A stretch of 43,189 bases of DNA from Terrimicrobiaceae bacterium (GCA_041689405.1 JBDNGG010000143.1:1-43189), one strand, 5' to 3'. Counted from the first letter of the stretch, positions 18,309 to 29,371 are shown. The notes: generated from the sequence alone by a model not told the origin. Numbers and translations: made by a program.

Positions 18309-18551
18309 CTGGGGGGACGGGCTGCTCGTCTCCACCGGTGGGTTTACCTCAGGCCAGGTTCGGGATGGGGCCAATCGTGCTCCGCCCCGGGGGATTTGGT
18401 TCTTTTTTGAGCATTTGCATTGTGGTAAGGTATAGTCCTTGTGAACAGGTCTCTGCTTTCACCAAGACATTTATAAAGTCGGCTTTGAGTCGGCTGGATA
18501 TCCAACCCATTGCTATCGGGCCTCCCGAGCGCAAAACAACGAGGAAAAACC

Positions 18552-19934
18552 ATGCCCATGTCAGCCAATCCGGAAGAAATTCCGGCTGTCAACCCGCCAC
18601 AGAAACGTCCGCGATCTTCGCGTCCCAAAGAACGCATCGCCATGATATCGACCCATGGATATGTCGCGGCCCAACCGCCGCTCGGAGCTCCGGACACCGG
18701 TGGTCAGGTCGTCTTTGTAATCGAGCTGTCCAAAAAACTCGCACAGCTCGGGTACAAAGTCGACATCTGGACCCGGCGCTTTGAAGGCCAAGCCGAGATC
18801 GAGCCCGTCAACGAAAGTGTCCGCATCCTGCGTATGCCATGTGGCGGACCGGACTTCATTCCCAAGGAAATTCTTTACAAAAAGCTCCCTGAGTGGGGCG
18901 AGCATGCCCTCCGGTTTATCCGTCGCAACAAGCTGAACTATCAATTCATCAACAGCCATTACTGGGACGCCGGGCTCGCAGGCCAGTACCTTGCGGGTGT
19001 GCTCGAAGTGCCGCACATCCACACGCCGCACTCGCTCGGAAGTTGGAAAAAACGCCAGATGCTCGAAGACTCGGGGGAAGCGCCAGAGGAACTTGAGCGC
19101 CGGTTTAATTTTGAACGCCGGATTCATCACGAGACGCTATTATTTAGCGACTGCGATATGGTGATCGCCACTTCACCGCCGCAAGCGGACTTGCTCATGT
19201 CCGACTATGAGATGGATGCGCCCCGGCTGCGGATGATCCCGCCAGGATACGACGACAATCGGTTTTTCCCGATGAGCGAGCCCACCCGGCGCTTGCTGCG
19301 TGAGCAATTTGGATTCTCTGGTAAAGTCATTGCCTCCGTGGGTCGCCTCGCTCGAAATAAGGGCTTCGATTTGCTGGTAGATGCATTTTCAATCGTGGCT
19401 GAACGGGATCCTGAGGCCCATTTACGGCTTGCCGTTGGCTCGGTGAGCTCTGACCATGGAGACGAATCAATGATGTCCGAGATCCGGGCGCTGGTGGAAA
19501 GTAACCGCCTCCAAGATCGTGTTACAATCACTGGTTCTCTGAGTGATGAAGAGTTGCCTGACTTTTATCGTGCGGCGGATGTTTTTGCGCTGTCGAGTCG
19601 CTATGAACCGTTTGGAATGACGGCGGTTGAAGCGATGGCCTGTGGCACGCCCACGGTGATGACAACTCATGGCGGGCTGTATCGTGCGATACGATTTGGA
19701 GAACATGCCTTGTTTGCCGACACGATGGATAAGTATGAATTTGGGATCACCCTGCTTCAGGCGCTAAAATACAAGGGCCTCCGGGCCCGCTTGCACCGGG
19801 ATGGAGCGCTTCGGGTGCGAAGTTTGTTCACGTGGACTGGTATTGCGCAGCAATTGCTAAGCGCGGTCGAATCTCGTTCGACGAGCATTTTTGACTCGGT
19901 GCAGCGCCTGCACGGCGTTGACTTTCCCAACTAA
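18552..19934 (+). CDS. mfpsA: Mannosylfructose-phosphate synthase-like (sucrose-phosphate synthase family, GT4)
   Basis: RIAMISTHGYVAAQPPLGAPDTGGQVV, FINSHYWDAG, HTPHSLG, EPFGMTAVEAMACG; closely resembles Agrobacterium MfpsA as recalled; RBS GAGGA before ATG 18552. Confidence 0.8.
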   Translation: MPMSANPEEIPAVNPPQKRPRSSRPKERIAMISTHGYVAAQPPLGAPDTGGQVVFVIELSKKLAQLGYKVDIWTRRFEGQAEIEPVNESVRILRMPCGGPDFIPKEILYKKLPEWGEHALRFIRRNKLNYQFINSHYWDAGLAGQYLAGVLEVPHIHTPHSLGSWKKRQMLEDSGEAPEELERRFNFERRIHHETLLFSDCDMVIATSPPQADLLMSDYEMDAPRLRMIPPGYDDNRFFPMSEPTRRLLREQFGFSGKVIASVGRLARNKGFDLLVDAFSIVAERDPEAHLRLAVGSVSSDHGDESMMSEIRALVESNRLQDRVTITGSLSDEELPDFYRAADVFALSSRYEPFGMTAVEAMACGTPTVMTTHGGLYRAIRFGEHALFADTMDKYEFGITLLQALKYKGLRARLHRDGALRVRSLFTWTGIAQQLLSAVESRSTSIFDSVQRLHGVDFPN

Positions 19935-19952
19935 TTCCAGCCGAATACAGCC

Positions 19953-22013
19953 ATGGAAATTCGCCTATTTGCATCTGACATTGACAATACCCTGCTGGGG
20001 AAACCCGATAGCACGCTGTTGTTTTACAAGATTTGGCGCTCGCTTCCGGACGACCGGCGGCCGTTGCTTTGTTACAATACGGGACGTCTCGTCGAGGACA
20101 CGCTCAGTGTCATCGAGAGCACAGATCTTCCAGATCCGGATTTCCTCATTTGCGGTGTGGGGACGATAATCTACGATTTCAAAAAGCGCACTGTCATCAA
20201 GGCATTCGCAGAAGTCATGGACGACGGCTGGGATAAGAAGCGCGTCGAGGAACTGCTGAAACGTATCCCTGGCATACGCAAGCAACCGCCCGGCTTTCAG
20301 CATGGTTATAAGTCGAGCTGGTATCTGGACGCCGCAGCCCCGGAAACTCTGGAAGAAATCGAATCTTCGCTAACCACCGCAGGCGTCGCCGCGCAGGTGA
20401 TTTACTCGAGTGGTCGGGATCTAGATATCCTCCCGCGCATGGCGAACAAGGGCAACGCCCTTGACTGGCTGGCGCGCTTGCTGAAGTTGCAGAACGACCA
20501 AATCCTTGTCGCTGGCGACAGTGGAAACGACAGCGCTATGTTTCTCCAGCCGGGCGTCAAAGGGATTGTCGTCGAGAATGCGCAACCCGAGCTGATCGAG
20601 GCAACGATCGCCGTGGGGGTTTACCACGGCAAGGGAGTGTGCGCGGACGCCGTCATTGATGGCTTACAAAATTTCGGTGTCATCCGCGACATCCCGTCAC
20701 TCGACCTCGGGAGTATCGCACACAAACACATCGATCCCGAAATTAAGCAGCTGTTCCGCGATCAAAAGATGGCGGGTATCGACAAAACAGATGTTCAATT
20801 TTTGATTACCGCCTACCGGAAATCCATCGAAGCGCTCCGGAAGAACATCACGCCCGTGGGATTTTCAGCATGTTCGCTGGAAGATAATGATACTCGCGGG
20901 ACCGACGTGAACTACCGCTCTGTGTGGGGCAGAGACGGGTCTATCGCCGTGATTGGCTCGCTCCCGCTTGATGATCCGGACATCCGTGAGTGTCAGCGCC
21001 GCACGCTGGCCACGCTACTCGACCACATCTCGCCGACCGGACAAATCCCGTCGAATGTCCGCATCGACACGCTTGAGCCCGACTACTCGGGCGTGGGAGG
21101 GATTTGCTCAATCGACAGCGGGTTGTGGCTCATCATTGCGGTTTACGAATACGTGCGAACGACTTCGGACATGAAATTCCTGCGCGAACGCATGTGGCAA
21201 TTGCAAAAGGCAGTCGATTGGTTGAGTGCGCATGACAGCAATAACGACGCGCTCTTGGAGATTCCGGAAGCGGGGGATTGGACGGATTTATTTGGGCGCA
21301 GCTACAATGTACTATACGACGAGGTCCTGTGGTATCGCTGCAACGTGGCATTCGGACGACTGCAGGAATTTGTCGGAAATTTTAAGGTGGCTGGTGATTA
21401 CCTCCGCTGGTCGCAGACGATCAAGCACGCGATTCTCGCCAAGTTCTGGCCGTCCACGCAGTCGGTGCCAGGAGAAACGCATTTCGCCGACAAGCAGTTC
21501 AGTCTCGGCGATACGAGTTATCTCGTCGCGCAGGTCACGCCATTCGATTTTAACTGGCGCTGTGATGTCTACGGAAACATCCTCGCCTTCCTTTACAATG
21601 TCCTCGATATCGATCGCGCGAAAATCGCGTTCCGATTTCTTTGGGGGGTCGGCTGCAATGACCCATATCCTGTCGCAAACCTGTATCCCGTCGTGCACTC
21701 AGGGGACAGCGACTGGCGGAGTTACTACACCGTCAACCTGCTCAACCTGCCGCACCACTACCACAATGGCGGGATTTGGCCATTCATCGGCGCGCAATGG
21801 GTTCGGTTTATCCACCGGTTGGGCCTTCGCAATATTGCATTTCAAGAACTCGTAAAAGTCGCAAAACTTAATCAACTCGGCGTCGCCAACGAATGGGAGT
21901 TCAACGAATGGGCTCACGGAAAAACCGGTCGTCCCATGGGCAAGGCTTACCAGGCATGGTCCGCATCCGAGTTCATCCTCGCGTGCCACGAACTCAACCT
22001 CGACCGGATGTAA
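19953..22013 (+). CDS. Fusion of HAD-IIB sugar-phosphate phosphatase (MfppA/SPP-like) and GH100-like glycoside hydrolase
   Basis: N-terminal DIDNT, YNTGR, NKGNAL, AGDSGND; C-terminal NYRSVWGRD, IDSGLW, PHHYHNGGIWPF, EFNEW, QAWSA. Confidence 0.85.
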   Translation: MEIRLFASDIDNTLLGKPDSTLLFYKIWRSLPDDRRPLLCYNTGRLVEDTLSVIESTDLPDPDFLICGVGTIIYDFKKRTVIKAFAEVMDDGWDKKRVEELLKRIPGIRKQPPGFQHGYKSSWYLDAAAPETLEEIESSLTTAGVAAQVIYSSGRDLDILPRMANKGNALDWLARLLKLQNDQILVAGDSGNDSAMFLQPGVKGIVVENAQPELIEATIAVGVYHGKGVCADAVIDGLQNFGVIRDIPSLDLGSIAHKHIDPEIKQLFRDQKMAGIDKTDVQFLITAYRKSIEALRKNITPVGFSACSLEDNDTRGTDVNYRSVWGRDGSIAVIGSLPLDDPDIRECQRRTLATLLDHISPTGQIPSNVRIDTLEPDYSGVGGICSIDSGLWLIIAVYEYVRTTSDMKFLRERMWQLQKAVDWLSAHDSNNDALLEIPEAGDWTDLFGRSYNVLYDEVLWYRCNVAFGRLQEFVGNFKVAGDYLRWSQTIKHAILAKFWPSTQSVPGETHFADKQFSLGDTSYLVAQVTPFDFNWRCDVYGNILAFLYNVLDIDRAKIAFRFLWGVGCNDPYPVANLYPVVHSGDSDWRSYYTVNLLNLPHHYHNGGIWPFIGAQWVRFIHRLGLRNIAFQELVKVAKLNQLGVANEWEFNEWAHGKTGRPMGKAYQAWSASEFILACHELNLDRM

Positions 22014-22061
22014 AAGCTCCTTCGGGCACTCTGTCGGACTGGTCTGAGCACCCCACTGGCG

Positions 22062-24170
22062 CTACTTTTGCTTGAGTTGCACGGCGGGGGACCAATCGTC
22101 CGCGGGAGGATTTGCCACGAGCTCGTTGGCCCGGCGGAAATGCAGATTGGCGAGGTAATCATCGGGCGATCCGTTCAGGCACGCCTGAAGTTTGATCGCA
22201 GCATCCCGAAACTGCCGTTCGCGAAAAAGGCGGATGCCGTCGGCGTAATTGGTGAGGGATGTATGAGACATGCCGCTCTCCGACAGAACAACGGTGAAAA
22301 TATCGATCGGCTGCGATTTTCCAGCAACGATAACCAGATCCACAGACCGCAATGGAATCTGGCTACGTACGAGACAGGCGACGCTTTCGGTCAGGCAGAT
22401 CTGCTGCTTATATTGCTTGGTGATACCCTCTACGCGCGATGCGAGATTGACCGGATCTCCGATCACGGTGGGTTCCATTTTTTCTTCAGATCCGATATTG
22501 CCAAAAATGGCATCGCCGTGGTGGAGCCCGATTCCCACTCGGAAGGGAGGTAAACTGCGTTCAATCCACGATTGGTTAAGGAGAATCAATCGTTCCTGCA
22601 TTTCAGTTGCCGCTTTGACGGCATGAACCGTATCTTCGACCGCCCCATTACTCAATACGTTGCCCCACACAGCCATCAGCCCGTCACCGAGGAATTTGTC
22701 GACCGTGCCTCCGTGCCGAAATACAATCTCCACCATCGCGGCGAAATATTCGTTCAGCTGCATCACTACAGATGCTGCATCCGCCCGCTCGGCATAAGAG
22801 GTGAACCCCCGGACATCGGAAAATAGCACGGTTACAGGAAGCCGGGTGCCACCAAGCGTAGTGAGAAAGTCATCGCGGTTATCGAGAATCTCGCGCACGA
22901 CATTGCGCGACACATAGCGATCCAACGTGGATCGTAACCGCACCGCCTCCGTGCGATGGAGTGTGAATGTCCACGCCAGCGAGGTGACTCCAATGGCAAA
23001 AATCACCAGCACTGGCTTTACCAGCGGAAGGAGAATCAGCAGGCTCCCAAACAACACCGAGACGAACAATATCCACCCGCCCGCCGCCAGCAGCATCCCG
23101 GCGAGCACCATCGTGGGGCGCCGGATTCGAGAAACAATGAAAAATGAAACTCCAGCTACCAGAACCATAGCGCAGGCATTTCCGATCCATCCGAGGTTAG
23201 TGTAAAAAGTTCCGGAGAGCGCTGCGGCTATGGCCGAGGTATGGACCAAAGGACCTGGAAGCCGGGCATCCACCGGGGTGGTGTGAAAATCCTGAAGCCG
23301 AATCGCCGACGGACCAATCACCACGATCTTGTCTTTAAAAACCTCGCCTCCCCGCAATGGGATATTCCAATCGGTGTCCAGAAAAATGCTGTAAAATGGA
23401 ATGCGTAGGATGGTGTCCGGGTTAGGAAATAGAAAAGCGACAGGCTCATGCCCGGTGGGAATGAGATCGTTGCGTCCCAACGCAATTAACGTCGCGGCAG
23501 CGAGCGAGCGGTATTCCGTGGCTCCCACCACAGCCGACTGTTGCGCTCGGGCCCACAGCGGTGTTTGCCAAACAATCGAGCGGATATATCCCATCTCGGG
23601 CCAAAAATTCGCATAGCCCACACGAGAGTCTGTTGCAGGGTCGGTAATCAGCGATGAGGCGGGCATCGTAATCGAGGGAATAATTGGTTTGTCGGGTTGG
23701 GAGGCATCGTAAAAGTTTGATGCAATAACGACTTGGTTGCGGTGGGAATCCAGAGTATTGCGAAGCGTCTCGTCTCCTTCGCGTTCGGTATCAAAAATGA
23801 GATCAATCACAACCACCGACGCGCCAGCGTCGATCAACTTATCGATCGCTAGAGCAAAAACATCGCGCGGCCAGGACCAGCCGCTTTTTGCCATTTGTGA
23901 TAACGCAGGAGAGGACTCGATATCTTCAGGCCATAGCGCATCCAGCGTCAGAGATTGTTCATCGATTTCCAAAAATACAACAGACTCCGTTTGGACCCTA
24001 TTACTAGCGCTCGCGATCAACTCGTTTTGTGCCCTCGCTTCGGTCTGTGTCAGCGAATCCAGCAGCGGCAATACGAAGGTCCCCAACACGGCCGCCCCTG
24101 TCGCAATGACCAGCAACCCTTGGACGCGACGCTGATCCCGATATTCTGATGCGTTACCCTTTGTTTTCAT
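22062..24170 (-). CDS. CHASE2-domain adenylate/guanylate cyclase
   Basis: WPRDVFA CHASE2 motif, 3 TM segments, VLFSDVRGFT, DKFLGDG, IGDPVNLASR. Confidence 0.93.
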   Translation of the reverse strand: MKTKGNASEYRDQRRVQGLLVIATGAAVLGTFVLPLLDSLTQTEARAQNELIASASNRVQTESVVFLEIDEQSLTLDALWPEDIESSPALSQMAKSGWSWPRDVFALAIDKLIDAGASVVVIDLIFDTEREGDETLRNTLDSHRNQVVIASNFYDASQPDKPIIPSITMPASSLITDPATDSRVGYANFWPEMGYIRSIVWQTPLWARAQQSAVVGATEYRSLAAATLIALGRNDLIPTGHEPVAFLFPNPDTILRIPFYSIFLDTDWNIPLRGGEVFKDKIVVIGPSAIRLQDFHTTPVDARLPGPLVHTSAIAAALSGTFYTNLGWIGNACAMVLVAGVSFFIVSRIRRPTMVLAGMLLAAGGWILFVSVLFGSLLILLPLVKPVLVIFAIGVTSLAWTFTLHRTEAVRLRSTLDRYVSRNVVREILDNRDDFLTTLGGTRLPVTVLFSDVRGFTSYAERADAASVVMQLNEYFAAMVEIVFRHGGTVDKFLGDGLMAVWGNVLSNGAVEDTVHAVKAATEMQERLILLNQSWIERSLPPFRVGIGLHHGDAIFGNIGSEEKMEPTVIGDPVNLASRVEGITKQYKQQICLTESVACLVRSQIPLRSVDLVIVAGKSQPIDIFTVVLSESGMSHTSLTNYADGIRLFRERQFRDAAIKLQACLNGSPDDYLANLHFRRANELVANPPADDWSPAVQLKQK

Positions 24171-24200
24171 CGCTGCGCACGGGTGTTGATGCCTGAACGT

Positions 24201-24240
24201 GAAAAAACCCGTTTAGCCATATGGCGAAACGGGTTTTCTC
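24201..24240. terminator. Rho-independent terminator after hup (bidirectional shape)
   Basis: AAAAAACCCGTTT-AGCC-ATAT-GGCG-AAACGGGTTTT hairpin with A/T tails. Confidence 0.8.
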
Positions 24241-24272
24241 GGTAATAGGGGGAAATCTACTAAAAAAATCCC

Positions 24273-24548
24273 CTACACGAGGTCTTTAAACGCTTTGCCG
24301 ACGGAAAACTTCACCGTCTTCGATGCCTTGATCTTGATCTTCTCACCGGTCTTCGGGTTGATTCCGTTGCGGGCTTTCCGGGCGACTACTTTGAATGTGC
24401 CAAAACCAACGAGCTGAACGGTCTTGGATTTTTTCACACCCGACTTGATCGACTCAAGAACTGCGTTTAATGCGCGCTCGGCTTCCGCCTTGCTAACATC
24501 TTTTCCGAGGGATTTTTGGACGGCTTCAACGAGTTGGACTTTGTTCAT
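24273..24548 (-). CDS. hup: DNA-binding protein HU
   Basis: MNK..LV, VQLVGFGTF, RNGINPKTGEKIKI. Confidence 0.96.
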   Translation of the reverse strand: MNKVQLVEAVQKSLGKDVSKAEAERALNAVLESIKSGVKKSKTVQLVGFGTFKVVARKARNGINPKTGEKIKIKASKTVKFSVGKAFKDLV

Positions 24549-24674
24549 TTAATATTGGGTTGTAAGGTAGAGGAGAGCAAAACATGACAACCCCTGAAAT
24601 GTCAAATATGTTTTCGGAAATTTATTTAGAACCGATGACTTGGCGGCAAGGGAACTTTATCAGATGGTTTACTC

Positions 24675-25208
24675 ATGACATTCGACGAACAGATTTCCTC
24701 CTTTTTATTAAAGCGTCCTCAGATTGACCCGAGCGCATGGATTGGTCCGCATACTTTTGTGGCAGGTGACGTGACGATCGGTGCCAATGCCAGCGTCTGG
24801 CCCGGATGTTCGCTGCGTGGGGATATCGCACCGATTCGGATCGGCGCTCACTCAAATATTCAGGATAATGCCGTTGTTCACGTGGGCGATGATTTGCCCG
24901 CGATCGTGGGGGAATGGGTCACGATCGGTCATCAAGCCACGGTCCATGCGTGTGTGATCGAGGACGAAACTCTGATTGGGATGGGTGCGATTATTTTGGA
25001 CGGTGCTCGCATCGGCTCACGCTCCATTGTCGGAGCCAATGCCACCGTGACACCGGGCACCCAGATCCCGCCGGGTTCGTTAGTGCTGGGTTCACCCGGA
25101 AAGGTCGTGCGCACGCTTTCGTTAGGTGAGCAGTCGAACGTCCGTCGCTGGGCAGAACGCTACGTGACTCTCTCTCGTCATTATATGGCATTGGCTTCGC
25201 AGCTGTGA
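24675..25208 (+). CDS. Gamma carbonic anhydrase family protein (YrdA-like)
   Basis: Hexapeptide repeats, LRGD, SNIQDNAVVH, TIGH..TVHAC. Confidence 0.92.
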   Translation: MTFDEQISSFLLKRPQIDPSAWIGPHTFVAGDVTIGANASVWPGCSLRGDIAPIRIGAHSNIQDNAVVHVGDDLPAIVGEWVTIGHQATVHACVIEDETLIGMGAIILDGARIGSRSIVGANATVTPGTQIPPGSLVLGSPGKVVRTLSLGEQSNVRRWAERYVTLSRHYMALASQL

Positions 25209-25220
25209 TAAGTTTTTTTC

Positions 25221-25685
25221 ATGAGCAATTCCGTCATTGAAGTCCGAGTCAAAGCCCTGATCCCCACGGGGAATGGCGTAGCTGTCTTCCTTGGAACAGA
25301 AGAAAAAGTTTTCGTAATTCAGATTGATGCGGGAGTCGGCACCGCAATCAGTATGTTCATGAGCGGCCAACCCAAAGAGCGTCCGCTGACACACGACTTG
25401 ATGACGATGTTACTCACAGCGCTTGGAGCCCGGGTCGAGCGGGTCGTAATCAATGATTTCCAGAATGGGACGTATTTCGCGCGGCTCATCGTCGTCGTGG
25501 AGAATGAAATCCAGCAGCGAAAGATCATCGAGTTGGACGCGCGGCCTAGCGACGGTATTGCGCTTGCGACCCAGCAGAAGGCACCGATTTACGTGACAGA
25601 GGAAGTCTGGTCCGACACCGAAGATATGACAGACGTGTTGGAACGCGTCCAAGAGGAAAAGAGCGACGAAGAAAAAGGCGAGTGA
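25221..25685 (+). CDS. Bifunctional nuclease family protein (DUF151)
   Basis: RPLTHDL, FARL, DARPSD.IALA...APIYV. Confidence 0.92.
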   Translation: MSNSVIEVRVKALIPTGNGVAVFLGTEEKVFVIQIDAGVGTAISMFMSGQPKERPLTHDLMTMLLTALGARVERVVINDFQNGTYFARLIVVVENEIQQRKIIELDARPSDGIALATQQKAPIYVTEEVWSDTEDMTDVLERVQEEKSDEEKGE

Positions 25686-25710
25686 TCCCGTTCTTGCGCG
25701 TCGTGGTGGC

Positions 25711-26280
25711 TTACATCCTCGGGATGGTAATGCCTTCCTGCCTCATGTATTTCCCACCCCGGTCCGCATAGCTCGTCTCGCAGACTTCGTCGGCTTTGAA
25801 AAATACGACCTGTGCCAATCCTTCGTTGGCGTAAATCCGCGCGGGCAGTGGCGTTGTGTTGGAAATCTCAAGCGTTACATGCCCCTCCCATTCGGGTTCA
25901 AACGGCGTGACGTTGACGATGATTCCGCAGCGCGCGTAAGTGGATTTTCCCACACAGATCGTCAAAACATCGCGGGGGATACGAAAATATTCGACGCTCC
26001 GCGCGAGAGCAAACGAGTTCGGTGGCACAATACAGACGTCGGTTTTTATATCCACGAAGGATCTCGGGTCAAACGCCTTCGGGTCCACCACGGTGTTAAA
26101 TACATTTGTGAAGACCTTGAATTCATCGGACACACGCAAGTCGTATCCATAGCTCGAAAGCCCGTAGCTAATGAGCCGATGACCGTCTTCGGCAGCGCGG
26201 ACCTGCCCATCGGTGAACGGTTCGATCATCCTGTTTTGTTTGGCCATTCGGCGAATCCATGCGTCTGAACATACTGACAT
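25711..26280 (-). CDS. dcd: dCTP deaminase
   Basis: [32 protein letters not shown]; start placed at ATG 26280. Confidence 0.96.
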   Translation of the reverse strand: MSVCSDAWIRRMAKQNRMIEPFTDGQVRAAEDGHRLISYGLSSYGYDLRVSDEFKVFTNVFNTVVDPKAFDPRSFVDIKTDVCIVPPNSFALARSVEYFRIPRDVLTICVGKSTYARCGIIVNVTPFEPEWEGHVTLEISNTTPLPARIYANEGLAQVVFFKADEVCETSYADRGGKYMRQEGITIPRM

Positions 26281-26387
26281 GAGGTGTGAAATACACGATG
26301 TGTGCCCGCTCCGCCAACCCGAGAATACGGATGAAGCAAATATTTTTAGTTGCGGTGGATGGAAATCCGTCGGAACCATAACGCCAG

Positions 26388-27215
26388 ATGCAACCCAAAC
26401 CCGACTCGGCCCTCATCGTCGTAGGCCATGGATCCACGCTGAACCCCGATTCAAGCGCTCCCACATTTGACCATGCCGACACCTTGAAGAGTCTCGGAAT
26501 TTTCGGTGAGGTAGTGACGTGCTACTGGAAGGAAGAGCCATCCATGAGAGAAGTCCTGCGTATGGTGGAAAGCCGGGATGTTTACATCGTTCCGAATTTC
26601 ATCAGCGAAGGATATTTCACGCAAACCGTGATTCCCAGAGAGTTTCAGCTTGATGGACCGATCACACATCGCGACCACCGGACGTTGAAATATTGTGCGC
26701 CGGTGGGAAGTCACGCCAGCATGACGGGTGTGATTCTGCACCGGGCAAAAGAAACATTGCAAGACACCGATCCCGGCCAAACGAGCCTGATCATCGTCGG
26801 CCACGGAACGAATCTGAACGATAACTCAGCGAAAGCAGCCAAGGACCAAGTCCAGCGCATCGGAGAAATGGGGATCTATGGCGAGGTCTTGTCGTCGTAT
26901 ATGGAGGAACCTCCGTTGATATCTGCTTGGGATACTATGACCTCATTTCCAAATGTTCTTGTGGTGCCGTTTTTTATTGCGGATGGCCTTCACAGTTTTC
27001 AGGACATTCCTGTGTTGCTCGGAGTCGAAGAAGAGGGGATGCCCGCGGCAAGCCAGAGGGATGTGTTTCGCCGCAATCCATATGTGCTGCGCGGGAAACG
27101 ACTCTACTATGCCAGCGCGATCGGGACGGAGTCGATGATGGCGGATGTCATCGTTGACCAAATCGAAGCGTTCGACACGATGCACGCGGAAACAAGCCCG
27201 CAGCCGATTAAGTGA
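26388..27215 (+). CDS. CbiX/SirB-family chelatase-like protein
   Basis: Two repeats of VGHGS/T..EEP..VVP.FI..G.H/F. Confidence 0.82.
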   Translation: MQPKPDSALIVVGHGSTLNPDSSAPTFDHADTLKSLGIFGEVVTCYWKEEPSMREVLRMVESRDVYIVPNFISEGYFTQTVIPREFQLDGPITHRDHRTLKYCAPVGSHASMTGVILHRAKETLQDTDPGQTSLIIVGHGTNLNDNSAKAAKDQVQRIGEMGIYGEVLSSYMEEPPLISAWDTMTSFPNVLVVPFFIADGLHSFQDIPVLLGVEEEGMPAASQRDVFRRNPYVLRGKRLYYASAIGTESMMADVIVDQIEAFDTMHAETSPQPIK

Positions 27216-27284
27216 GAAGCGATAGGCTAACCCGTATTTGACAATTATTGGCTGTTGCTTACGCTAAAAAATCTTAGAAATCAC

Positions 27285-28499
27285 ATGGACACATTGAATG
27301 ATCGAGCGAACAAGCGGTTCGTTTCCCACGCTCCCGGCCATTGGCCGGAAATTCCGCCTGAAAAATGGAACGATTGGCGCTGGCAACTAAAAAACCGGGT
27401 TACCACGCTCGATCAGCTTGAGCGCCATCTGCGTCTGGTCCCTGAAGAGCGCGCAGGAGCAATCCTCGCCGGAAACAAGCTCTCACTGGCAATCACCCCA
27501 CACTTTTTTAACCTGATTGACCCGGATGATCCAGGCTGTCCGATTCGCCGGCAGGTGGTCCCAAGACTGGAGGAGGGAACGACTGCACCGTGGGAGATGG
27601 CTGATCCATGCGGTGAGGACTCGCACATGCCCGTGCCGGGTCTCGTTCATCGCTACCCGGATCGTGTTCTGTTTCTTGTGACGGACCGCTGCGCTTCCTA
27701 TTGTCGGTATTGCACCCGGAGTCGCGTGGTGAGTGGTGCCGGGGAACAGGAACTTCATACGGAATTTGAGGAGATTTTTAATTACCTAGAGTCACACACC
27801 GAGGTCCGCGACGTGCTTCTCTCCGGGGGAGATGCTTTGTTATTCTCCGATGACAAGCTGGAGCGAATTCTTAAGCGGCTCCGTGCCATGGAGCACATTG
27901 AATTTATCCGCATCGGAACGCGCGTCCCGATATTTCTTCCGCAGCGCATCACGCCGGAGTTCTGTCAGATGCTTCAGAAATATCATCCCCTTTGGATGAG
28001 CGTGCATGTCAACCATCCACTCGAACTCACGTCGGAGGTGCGCGACGCATTGGCCCGTCTCGCGGATCATGGAGTGCCCCTTGGAAACCAGAGTGTGTTG
28101 TTAGCCGGCGTGAATGACAACATCCCGACAATGCGCGACCTGGTGCACAAGCTGCTGCTCTGCCGCGTCCGTCCCTACTACCTATACCAGTGTGACCTGA
28201 TCAAGGGCTCGGCCCATCTCCGTGCATCCGTCGCGAAGGGCGTCGAGATCATTGAAGGACTCCGCGGTCACACCACGGGATATGGAATCCCTCAATTTGT
28301 GATCGATGCCCCTGGTGGTGGAGGCAAGGTTCCCGTCAATCCGGGTTACGTGCTCTACCACGACGCGGAAAAAGTTGTGATCCGGAACTACGAAGGCCGG
28401 ATATTCGAATACCCTGAACCTGCAGGATCGACGGCGCATGGCGGGAGTAAGGATATTTCGCTCGGTGAAACTTTGCCCCAGCATGTTTTATTAGAATGA
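27285..28499 (+). CDS. kamA: KamA-family radical SAM protein (lysine 2,3-aminomutase-like)
   Basis: WNDWRWQL, HRYPDRVLF, CASYCRYC, DAPGGGGK; start placed at ATG 27285. Confidence 0.88.
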   Translation: MDTLNDRANKRFVSHAPGHWPEIPPEKWNDWRWQLKNRVTTLDQLERHLRLVPEERAGAILAGNKLSLAITPHFFNLIDPDDPGCPIRRQVVPRLEEGTTAPWEMADPCGEDSHMPVPGLVHRYPDRVLFLVTDRCASYCRYCTRSRVVSGAGEQELHTEFEEIFNYLESHTEVRDVLLSGGDALLFSDDKLERILKRLRAMEHIEFIRIGTRVPIFLPQRITPEFCQMLQKYHPLWMSVHVNHPLELTSEVRDALARLADHGVPLGNQSVLLAGVNDNIPTMRDLVHKLLLCRVRPYYLYQCDLIKGSAHLRASVAKGVEIIEGLRGHTTGYGIPQFVIDAPGGGGKVPVNPGYVLYHDAEKVVIRNYEGRIFEYPEPAGSTAHGGSKDISLGETLPQHVLLE

Positions 28500-28575
28500 G
28501 CTGCCGTCGTCGCCGGCTTCGATTCGGGATAATCCTTGATTTAGGCAAAGCTGCACGCTCCATTCCTCCCTCATT

Positions 28576-29229
28576 ATGAAGCAACTTTCTGAAGAGGCGC
28601 TGGTGTCCGCATTAAATTGGCGCTACGCGACAAAGGGATTTGACCCGGCTGCCAAAATCGATCCGAGCACCTGGGCGGCACTTGAACACGCACTGGTATT
28701 GTCGCCGTCGTCTTTCGGCTTACAGCCGTGGCGCTTTTTGGTGGTCAGCGATCCTGCAAAACGTGAGGCACTCGTACCCTTGTCCTGGGGCCAACGTCAG
28801 GTCGCTGATGCCTCTCATCTCGTCGTCTTCGCCGTCAAGCATCCGCTGACAGCGGAAGACGTCCACAGCCACATCCAACGCACGGCAGAAGTGCGCGGCG
28901 TGCCTGCTGAGAGCCTGCTGGGATTTGAAAAAGTGGTCGCTGGATTTTTGGATAAGCCTCCCTATCCGCTCGATATCCGGGAATGGTCAACAAGGCAGGT
29001 TTACCTCGCGCTGGGGACGTTCATGACCAGTGCGGCCTTGCTAGGAATCGATACCTGCCCGATGGAGGGAATTGATCCTGCGGGATTTGATCGCGTCCTC
29101 GGCTTGGAGGGCACGGGATATTTCACCGCCGTCGCCTGTCCGGCCGGCCACCGGTTGGCAACGGACAAATATGCCACCGCTCCCAAAGTGCGCTTCCCTG
29201 CCGAGTCGGTGATTCATAAATTGGAATAA
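28576..29229 (+). CDS. NAD(P)H-dependent nitroreductase (NfsB-like)
   Basis: WRYATKGFD, SPSSFGLQPW, DTCPMEG, PKVR. Confidence 0.92.
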   Translation: MKQLSEEALVSALNWRYATKGFDPAAKIDPSTWAALEHALVLSPSSFGLQPWRFLVVSDPAKREALVPLSWGQRQVADASHLVVFAVKHPLTAEDVHSHIQRTAEVRGVPAESLLGFEKVVAGFLDKPPYPLDIREWSTRQVYLALGTFMTSAALLGIDTCPMEGIDPAGFDRVLGLEGTGYFTAVACPAGHRLATDKYATAPKVRFPAESVIHKLE

Positions 29230-29371
29230 AAAGACCCGGAAATTGCGCAACTTGTCATTTTTATCGCAGGTTCCCGTGAATTTAGAGCGATTCAAAAATA
29301 AGATTCGCCAGCTCGAATGTCCCACATCTCGCCGAGCTCCTTTTTTCGGCGCTTCCACGCCGATTCGGAGA

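Noticed and set aside
17564-18784. 406-aa ORF as an intact protein
   Set aside because: Only the middle is hydrolase-like; both ends are frameshift read-through, and the tail overlaps mfpsA out of frame.
24579-24614. TTGACA and a loose dyad upstream of hup
   Set aside because: No convincing -10 at proper spacing; the dyad is too imperfect to call.
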